A DNA stretch of 11,478 nucleotides from an uncultured Thermoplasmata archaeon (GTDB taxonomy: Archaea > Thermoplasmatota > Thermoplasmata > Halarchaeoplasmatales > Halarchaeoplasmataceae), in NCBI GenBank assembly GCA_964399335.1, contig CAYNQI010000001.1, positions 1-11,478 on the forward strand, given 5' to 3'. The number at the start of each line of letters is the position of its first letter. The stretch's first letter is position 1. Below are positions 5,977 to 11,478 of this stretch, in pieces. The notes beneath the pieces were generated by a model. That model saw only the letters and a list, made by a program, of their open reading frames with translations. It ran no database searches and was not told where the DNA came from. The position numbers and the translations under genes were made by a program.

Positions 5977-8805
5977 ATGGATAATATGAAAATGAAAATC
6001 CTAACAATAGCGTTTGTATTTATTTTAATACTTAGTGGAGTTATTGTATTGTTCGTAGGAGATGTCAAAAGAGAAAATAAAAATTTTGAATACGATGGAT
6101 ACAATATTATACGACAGATCTATGATTGGTATGACCTGGATAAAGTAAATGATAATTTAGAGGCCGACTACATATTGATGAATGATCTCGACGAAGATAC
6201 ACCAGGATATGAGAAATACGTCGATACGGGAGAAGGTTGGGAACCTATCGGAGAATGGGGTGATCGATTTACAGGTTCTTTAGATGGAAATGGACATGAG
6301 GTCAGAGGGCTTTACATTCATCAACCAAATGAGGGCTACATGGGACTGTTTGGATGCTTTGATGATGGAGCTGAAATTTACAACTTGAGTCTTGTGGATG
6401 TCCACATTACTGGTGGTCGGCGCGTCGGAGGAATCGTTGGGTCTAATCCGGGTCATGAAACTTTGGTGGAGAACTCATCTGTAACCGGTGAGATAGATGG
6501 CTATCAGTTTGTAGGAGGACTTATAGGATGGAACAGAGGGGTTGTGTCCAATTCATATTCAGCTGTCAACGTTAGTGGGCATGATAAAATAGGAGGGATA
6601 ACAGGAGCTAGCTCTAATACCGTGATTGATTCTAAAGGTTCCGGTAACATAGACGGAACAATATACGTTGGGATGCTAGTAGGCGAGAATAGGGGCATGG
6701 TAGATAATTCATATGCTGAAGGAAATTTGAGTGGGGAGAAATATCTAGGGGGACTTGTTGGAAGTAACTTGAGTAGAGGAACTGTGAAGGACTCATACGC
6801 ATCTGTGAATGTTACTGGTGGTGAACATGTAGGTGGTGTTACAGGAAGAAATTATCATAGTACAGTTTCTAACTCTTATGCTACTGGGGACGTGAGCGGA
6901 GATAGAAATGTAGGCGGACTTGTCGGCCTTAATAATGCGATTAATAAAAAAACTTTGATAGAAAGTTCCTCGGCTTTTGGAGATATATCCGGTGGTGAAT
7001 TTATCGGGGGGCTCGTTGGAAAAAATCGTGGATTATTTGAAGATGCATTGATAAATAACTCTTATTCAGCGGGAAATGTACATGGTGATGAATTTGTAGG
7101 AGGTTTTGTAGGAGAGAATTATCGTAGTATTATACTTGACTCATATTCTACAGGTGATGTAAAGGGTGAAAAACATGTAGGAGGTCTTTTAGGCAATAAC
7201 CATGGGACTGTTTCAAATACTCATTACAACATCGATAAAGTACTTATCAACGGCGGCCATCACGTCACTATAGGGGGTCTTTTTAATAACCAGTATCAAG
7301 ATTGGATAGAAGATAAAAATCTTGATATAGAGGATTACAGCGATAATCTGGAATTTTCTGAGGAATATTACGAAATAAGTGGGACCAGGGGATTAAAAGA
7401 TCTTCTTGGGTTTGCGGATTATGAAGGATACAAATTCCGTTTAACAGGAGATGTAAATTTATCCGCTGAACCGGGACTATATATACCATATTTTGAAGGG
7501 ACTTTAGATGGTGGAGGCAATACAATTTCGAATCTTCATATAGACATGCATTTTGCTTCAAATATAGGTATGATCGGACATCTCAATAATGGAGAAGTTG
7601 CTAACATAGGTGTTAGAAACGTATATCTGAACGGCACAGCCTCTATAGGGGGTCTTGTAGGGCGGAATGCAGAGGGAACAATATCGGAGTCGTATAGTAT
7701 TGGAAAAATAAGTGGATACAAAGAAACAGGCGGACTGATCGGATATAACGATGGTGAAGTATCTGATGTGTACACGGCCGGTTATGTAAGTGGAGGTTTT
7801 GAGATTGGTGGGTTAATAGGGATCAACTATGGGATAATGACTAATTCTTACACAACAAAAAATGTAAGTGCGAACCGAGTAGTTGGTATGTTGATAGGGA
7901 GTAACAATGGAGAGGTATCCAATTCTTTTTTTGAAATCAATTCATCTAGATGGTATACCACCAATGTTGGGGCTGGCAAAAATTCTGAAGAAATGAAAGA
8001 TGTGGCCACATTTACAGATGAAAATACTGAAGGTTTAGAAGAATCATGGGATTTTTCAGCTAATCCGTATGATGATGGAAAAGATGAAAACATATGGGAT
8101 ATAGACATTTATGGACGAATAAACGAGGGGTATCCATTTTTATCGTGGGAAGAAGAGCGTGAACACAAGCTTGATATCGACATAGAAGGTCGAGGTTCAG
8201 TGAAGATCAATGGAACAGAAGTTAGATGTGGGTGGGCCGGCACTTTTAAAGAGGGAGATATTCTAGAGATCACTTATGAGGTTTCAGAAAATTGGTATTT
8301 CGATAGATGGACAGGAGATATCAGTGGTGCTGATAGTGAGATCTCAGTAACTATGGAAGAAGATATGACTGTAACACCTGAGTTTAAGCATTACGTTACT
8401 ATAGAGATTCAAAACGTAGAGGGTAACGGAACTGTTTTCATAGATGGAGAAGAAGTTACGGCTACTCCATTTGAGAAATATTATGAGCAGGGTGAAGAAG
8501 CTGATATCTCAGCTTATCCAGATCAAGGCTGGTACTTTGACGAATGGGAAGGGATTGATCAGAAGGAAGCGGACACGACGATAATAATTAACGAAAATGT
8601 TTCCATTAGCAATGTTCTATTCGAAGAGTATGAAAAACAGCACGAAGAACGAGAGGGAAGTTTCGGACCGGTTATAGGTGTATTTGGTATCTTGATGATA
8701 TTACTTACGTTGATAGGATATACTTTGAAAAATGCTAGAAAAGAATCTAATTCAAATATGGAAGAATACAAAAAAGATTCGATACCAAACCATGAAAACG
8801 ATTGA
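5977..8805 (+). CDS. GLUG-motif repeat cell-surface protein with two divergent InlB B-repeat-like domains and a C-terminal TM anchor, 942 aa
   Basis: It has an N-terminal hydrophobic signal and about 14 [V/I]GG[L/I][V/I]GxN...NSY[A/S]xGxVxG repeats. Two C-terminal repeats follow the pattern GxGxV...G..V.I......GWYF..W.G. The TM helix VIGVFGILMILLTLIGYTL is followed by a charged tail. The exact start Met (5977, 5986 or 5992) is uncertain. Confidence 0.88.
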   Translation: MDNMKMKILTIAFVFILILSGVIVLFVGDVKRENKNFEYDGYNIIRQIYDWYDLDKVNDNLEADYILMNDLDEDTPGYEKYVDTGEGWEPIGEWGDRFTGSLDGNGHEVRGLYIHQPNEGYMGLFGCFDDGAEIYNLSLVDVHITGGRRVGGIVGSNPGHETLVENSSVTGEIDGYQFVGGLIGWNRGVVSNSYSAVNVSGHDKIGGITGASSNTVIDSKGSGNIDGTIYVGMLVGENRGMVDNSYAEGNLSGEKYLGGLVGSNLSRGTVKDSYASVNVTGGEHVGGVTGRNYHSTVSNSYATGDVSGDRNVGGLVGLNNAINKKTLIESSSAFGDISGGEFIGGLVGKNRGLFEDALINNSYSAGNVHGDEFVGGFVGENYRSIILDSYSTGDVKGEKHVGGLLGNNHGTVSNTHYNIDKVLINGGHHVTIGGLFNNQYQDWIEDKNLDIEDYSDNLEFSEEYYEISGTRGLKDLLGFADYEGYKFRLTGDVNLSAEPGLYIPYFEGTLDGGGNTISNLHIDMHFASNIGMIGHLNNGEVANIGVRNVYLNGTASIGGLVGRNAEGTISESYSIGKISGYKETGGLIGYNDGEVSDVYTAGYVSGGFEIGGLIGINYGIMTNSYTTKNVSANRVVGMLIGSNNGEVSNSFFEINSSRWYTTNVGAGKNSEEMKDVATFTDENTEGLEESWDFSANPYDDGKDENIWDIDIYGRINEGYPFLSWEEEREHKLDIDIEGRGSVKINGTEVRCGWAGTFKEGDILEITYEVSENWYFDRWTGDISGADSEISVTMEEDMTVTPEFKHYVTIEIQNVEGNGTVFIDGEEVTATPFEKYYEQGEEADISAYPDQGWYFDEWEGIDQKEADTTIIINENVSISNVLFEEYEKQHEEREGSFGPVIGVFGILMILLTLIGYTLKNARKESNSNMEEYKKDSIPNHEND

Positions 8806-8830
8806 TATTATGCATGAACCAATAGATGAG

Positions 8831-8904
8831 TGGGCCCGGCCGGATTTGAACCGACGACCATCTGGTTATGAGCCAGACGCTCCGCCAAACTAAGCTACGG
8901 GCCC
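8831..8904 (-). tRNA. tRNA with CAT anticodon, most likely tRNA-Ile2 (agmatidine type)
   Basis: It forms a full cloverleaf: acceptor GGGCCCG/CGGGCCC, anticodon arm TCTGG-CTCATAA-CCAGA, T-loop TTCAAAT, discriminator A, no encoded CCA. G1:C72 excludes the archaeal initiator (A1:U72). The GGGCCC acceptor resembles Ile rather than elongator Met; this isotype call is inference. Confidence 0.9.
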
Positions 8905-8930
8905 TTGAGATGGTTCATAACAATACTTGT

Positions 8931-8938
8931 TATTTAAA
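8931..8938 (-). promoter_or_regulatory. TATA box for tRNA-Ile2
   Basis: The minus strand reads TTTAAATA, the archaeal consensus, ending 27 nt upstream of tRNA position 1 (8904). Confidence 0.7.
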
Positions 8939-8953
8939 GATTGATGTATGGTA

Positions 8954-9045
8954 TGGGCCGAGGCGGAATTGAACCGCCGATCTTCGCCTATCCTACCGTT
9001 TTAGCGGTTGTAAGGGCGACGTCATGACCCCTAGACCACCGGCCC
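8954..9045 (-). tRNA. tRNA-Val(TAC) with a 19-nt canonical 37/38 intron
   Basis: Acceptor GGGCCGG/TCGGCCC, D-arm GTC/GAC, anticodon stem TCGCC/GGCGA, loop CT-TAC-A|A, T-arm GGCGG-TTCAATT-CCGCC. The mature length is 73 nt, without encoded CCA. Confidence 0.93.
8990..9008 (-). other. tRNA intron with a complete bulge-helix-bulge motif
   Basis: The intron is ACCGCTAAAACGGTAGGAT. Exon C32-T33-T34-A35 pairs with intron TAGG as the 4-bp central helix. The 3-nt bulges are C36-A37|A and A-T|A38, and the inner helix is CCG/CGG. Confidence 0.92.
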
Positions 9046-9080
9046 ATTTGGTTTACTATTCAAGATGAATCAGATTAGTC

Positions 9081-9092
9081 TTAAATATTTAA
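9081..9092. promoter_or_regulatory. 12-bp AT palindrome, probable TATA region of tRNA-Val
   Basis: TTAAATATTTAA is self-complementary and lies about 36 nt upstream of tRNA-Val position 1. A purine-rich AAAAAGAG precedes it on the minus strand. Confidence 0.45.
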
Positions 9093-9122
9093 CTCTTTTT
9101 GACTGTCTCCTTCCAAAAGACT

Positions 9123-9137
9123 AATAACGTTGTTATT
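9123..9137. promoter_or_regulatory. Inverted repeat, candidate operator upstream of fprA
   Basis: AATAAC-GTT-GTTATT has perfect 6-bp arms and overlaps a TATA-like TATTTATT (9134..9141). Confidence 0.45.
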
Positions 9138-9162
9138 TATTGATACTACATAAATTGAACAC

Positions 9163-9168
9163 GGAGGT
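9163..9168 (+). promoter_or_regulatory. Shine-Dalgarno site of fprA
   Basis: GGAGGT lies 6 nt upstream of the ATG at 9175. Confidence 0.8.
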
Positions 9169-9174
9169 ATAGAT

Positions 9175-10365
9175 ATGGCCGTTAAAAAAATAAAAGAAGA
9201 CATCTTTGAAGTGGGAGCACCACACTATGATCGAGAACTGTTTGACGAACTTATCCCTTTACCGGACGGTACTACATACAACGCCTACCTGATCAGAACC
9301 GATGGTAAGACCATCTTACTGGATACAGTGGACCCGATTAAAACCGAGAGACTCATGAAAAACCTCGATGCTTTGGATGTGGAAAATATAGATTATTTAA
9401 TATCACATCATGCCGAGCAGGATCATTCTGGATCGATACCCGCAGTTCTAGACAGATACCCAGAAACCATAGTTTTGACTAACAAAAAGTGCAAGGGGAT
9501 GCTCATAGATCATCTTGAGATTCCGGAGGATAAATTCCAAGTGGTCGAAGATGGACAAGAGATGACCATCGGTGATAAAACCTTCAAGTTCATGGACATG
9601 CCTTGGGTACACTGGCCTGAAACCATGGTCACTTACCTAGAAGATGATAAGATACTGTTCTCATGCGATTTCTTTGGGTCCCATCTAGCGACGAGTAATC
9701 TTTTTGTAGAGGATAAGAAGAAAGCATATCTTTCAGCCAAGAGGTATTATGCCGAGATCATGATGCCTTTCAGAACTCCGATCAAAGGACATCTAGAAAA
9801 ACTAGATGACATGGATATAGATATAATCGCCACAAGTCACGGACCGATCTACGACGAACCAGAATTTATTCTTGACGCATACAAGGAATGGGTTTCCGAT
9901 ACCGCAAAGCCTCAAGTTGTCGTACCGTACGTTTCGATGCACGGAAGTACAGACAAGATGGTCGATCACTTTGTAGATCACCTGACAGAGCAAGACTTTA
10001 AAGTGATGCCTTTCAACCTCACCACTACGGATCTTGGAGAGTTAGCCATGGCACTGGTTGATGCATCGACTGTTGTGATAGGAACTCCAACGGTTCTGGC
10101 CGGACCTCACCCAAAAGCAGTTTACGCTGCATACCTGGCAAATGCACTTAGACCTAAAATGAAGTTCGCATCGATCATAGGGTCTTACGGCTGGGGTGGC
10201 AGGATGCCCCAAACAATAAAGGATCTTTTGAAGAGTTTCAACGGAGAATTCATCGAACCGGTGATCGCAAAAGGACATCCTACAATGGATGATTTCAAGA
10301 GCTTAGAAGAGCTAGCAGACAAGATAATCGAGATGAATGAGGGATCAGAGGAAGTAGAAGGGTAA
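9175..10365 (+). CDS. fprA: Flavodiiron protein (FprA family, type A flavoprotein; O2/NO reductase-like), 396 aa
   Basis: The metallo-beta-lactamase domain has diiron motifs SHHAEQDHSGS, PWVHWPETM, CDFFGSH and SHG. The C-terminal flavodoxin domain has YVSMHGST and GSYGWGG. The N-terminal GTTYNAYLI motif is typical of the family. There is no rubredoxin fusion. Confidence 0.95.
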   Translation: MAVKKIKEDIFEVGAPHYDRELFDELIPLPDGTTYNAYLIRTDGKTILLDTVDPIKTERLMKNLDALDVENIDYLISHHAEQDHSGSIPAVLDRYPETIVLTNKKCKGMLIDHLEIPEDKFQVVEDGQEMTIGDKTFKFMDMPWVHWPETMVTYLEDDKILFSCDFFGSHLATSNLFVEDKKKAYLSAKRYYAEIMMPFRTPIKGHLEKLDDMDIDIIATSHGPIYDEPEFILDAYKEWVSDTAKPQVVVPYVSMHGSTDKMVDHFVDHLTEQDFKVMPFNLTTTDLGELAMALVDASTVVIGTPTVLAGPHPKAVYAAYLANALRPKMKFASIIGSYGWGGRMPQTIKDLLKSFNGEFIEPVIAKGHPTMDDFKSLEELADKIIEMNEGSEEVEG

Positions 10366-10373
10366 ATTCTCTT

Positions 10374-10415
10374 CCAAAGATTTTATGTATATCTCATATA
10401 ATATCAATATGGTGA
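10374..10415 (+). promoter_or_regulatory. Possible BRE/TATA plus Shine-Dalgarno for the ferritin-like gene
   Basis: CCAAAGA followed by TTTTATGT (10374..10388), and GGTGA at 10411..10415, 4 nt before the ATG at 10420. Confidence 0.5.
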
Positions 10416-10419
10416 TAAT

Positions 10420-10707
10420 ATGTTCGCGAAAGAACCCATAGATTTGAAGAAGCTAAAGAAAGAAAATTCTGATAAGGAGATATTGAGGTTCGCTCTAGCT
10501 GCAGAACTAGACGCGATAAACTTCTACGAACAGATGGCAGATTATACGGATAATAAACATCTGAAACAAGTTCTTTTAGATGTGGCAAAGGAAGAAAAAG
10601 AACACGTCGGCGAGTTCCAGACTCTTCTGTTGAGATTGGATAAACAACAAGTTGAGATGATGGAAGAGGGCGAAGAAGAAGTAAAGGAACTCTTGGGAGA
10701 AGACTGA
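10420..10707 (+). CDS. Small ferritin-like protein of the encapsulated-ferritin (EncFtn/Flp) type, 95 aa
   Basis: It is a two-long-helix half-ferritin with AELDAINFYEQ and EEKEHVGEF. E29, Y36, E59 and H62 have the same spacing as the EncFtn ferroxidase ligands E32, Y39, E62 and H65 of Rhodospirillum rubrum (numbering recalled, not aligned). Confidence 0.85.
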   Translation: MFAKEPIDLKKLKKENSDKEILRFALAAELDAINFYEQMADYTDNKHLKQVLLDVAKEEKEHVGEFQTLLLRLDKQQVEMMEEGEEEVKELLGED

Positions 10708-10719
10708 AAAAACCCTTTC

Positions 10720-11478
10720 CTATTCTTTTAATATATCTATCAAGCTTTTGGCATTCTCGAACATCTCGAAATTGTTAAACATACAGTACACCTTTTCGAA
10801 ATCTCTATCTAAGCCTTTCAACCTTCCAGCTAGCTTCATCAATTCTTCTTGTGAATAATTGTAGTCATAATTATATAGGTCCTCATTGAGTCCATGTAAT
10901 CTTACGTAAGCAGTATGATCTTTTGAAAGCGGTCTTTTCCTCATTATATCCACACTATGGATCAGATCAAATTCACTGCATATCTTTCTGATCTCATCTT
11001 CATTCTCATACCAGTCACCTCTTGGTTCCCAAGCGATATTTAGTTCACCTTTATCGATCTCCTGGAAAAACTCGCCCATATTTTCTTTGTTCTCTTCAGT
11101 GCACTCAAAGCTCGGAGGAGTCTGTAAAACCACTACTTTTGCATCTAATGCTTCAGCAATCTTCTTCGTTTCATACCAAGCATCGAAGACATCTTCATTA
11201 GGTCTTAGATAACCAAAATTCTTTTTCTGATCTTCAGTTAAATATTCCTTGTTTTTACTCCATGTAGGACTATCCGTGGTGTGAGTCAAGGCCTGCCAAG
11301 CCTTCATGGTGAATTCGAAATCGTCGGAAGCCTCTTCTCTCCATCTTTTTGCGGTTTCTAATTTCGGTAAACTGTAAAAGGTTTTGTTTATCTCACCACA
11401 CGGATAAGCATGGCTGTAAGCCTGCAATTTGCTTTCATAATTTTCTTCCCAATCTTTCCCGGGTTTGTAATATCTGTA
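10720..11478 (-). CDS. DUF72 family protein, 5'-truncated by the window edge
   Basis: Family motifs include EINKTFY, FTMKAWQALTH, VLQTPPSF, AWEPRG, YVRLHG, YDYNYSQEEL and YCMFNN. The frame stays open from the TTG at 11427 up to base 11478 (YRYYKPGKDWEENYESKLQAY...), so the true start lies outside the window. Confidence 0.88.
   Translation of the reverse strand, partial: YRYYKPGKDWEENYESKLQAYSHAYPCGEINKTFYSLPKLETAKRWREEASDDFEFTMKAWQALTHTTDSPTWSKNKEYLTEDQKKNFGYLRPNEDVFDAWYETKKIAEALDAKVVVLQTPPSFECTEENKENMGEFFQEIDKGELNIAWEPRGDWYENEDEIRKICSEFDLIHSVDIMRKRPLSKDHTAYVRLHGLNEDLYNYDYNYSQEELMKLAGRLKGLDRDFEKVYCMFNNFEMFENAKSLIDILKE

Noticed and set aside
6504-8771. Short minus-strand ORFs inside the GLUG gene
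   Set aside because: They are antisense shadows of a repeat-rich CDS.
8650-8805. Archaeosortase (PGF-CTERM) signal on the GLUG protein or the protease
   Set aside because: Neither C-terminal TM is preceded by a PGF motif, so plain TM anchors are more likely.
8831-8904. Initiator tRNA-Met, or an attB with a duplicated 3' end
   Set aside because: G1:C72 and the anticodon stem do not fit an archaeal initiator. I found no second copy of the 3' segment in the window.
9802-10588. Short minus-strand ORFs inside fprA and the ferritin-like gene
   Set aside because: They are antisense to well-supported genes.
11425-11427. TTG start of DUF72 as given by the ORF track
   Set aside because: The frame is open to the window edge and the typical DUF72 N-terminal strand is missing, so the gene starts further right.

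Overview
The window looks archaeal: it has tRNA genes without encoded CCA, a bulge-helix-bulge (BHB) tRNA intron, TATA boxes and GGAGG/GGTGA ribosome-binding sites. The acidic NosD/GLUG surface proteins suggest a Thermoplasmatota-like, possibly saline-habitat organism, but that is inference only. From left to right: (1) the first 23 nt of a minus-strand tRNA, probably tRNA-Arg, running off the left edge; (2) a structured 200-bp intergenic region holding a second copy of that tRNA 5' end, split by a 60-nt two-hairpin insert; (3) a 1557-aa membrane-anchored S8 subtilase whose protease module sits inside a NosD-type beta-helix; (4) a 6-TM protein with a C-terminal zinc ribbon; (5) a divergent 942-aa GLUG-repeat surface protein; (6) tRNA-Ile2(CAT) and an intron-containing tRNA-Val(TAC); (7) a flavodiiron protein (FprA); (8) a stand-alone encapsulin-cargo-type ferritin-like protein; (9) a DUF72 gene truncated by the right edge. 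No integrase, transposase or CRISPR array is visible. The most unusual signal is the split tRNA-matching element at 80..162.
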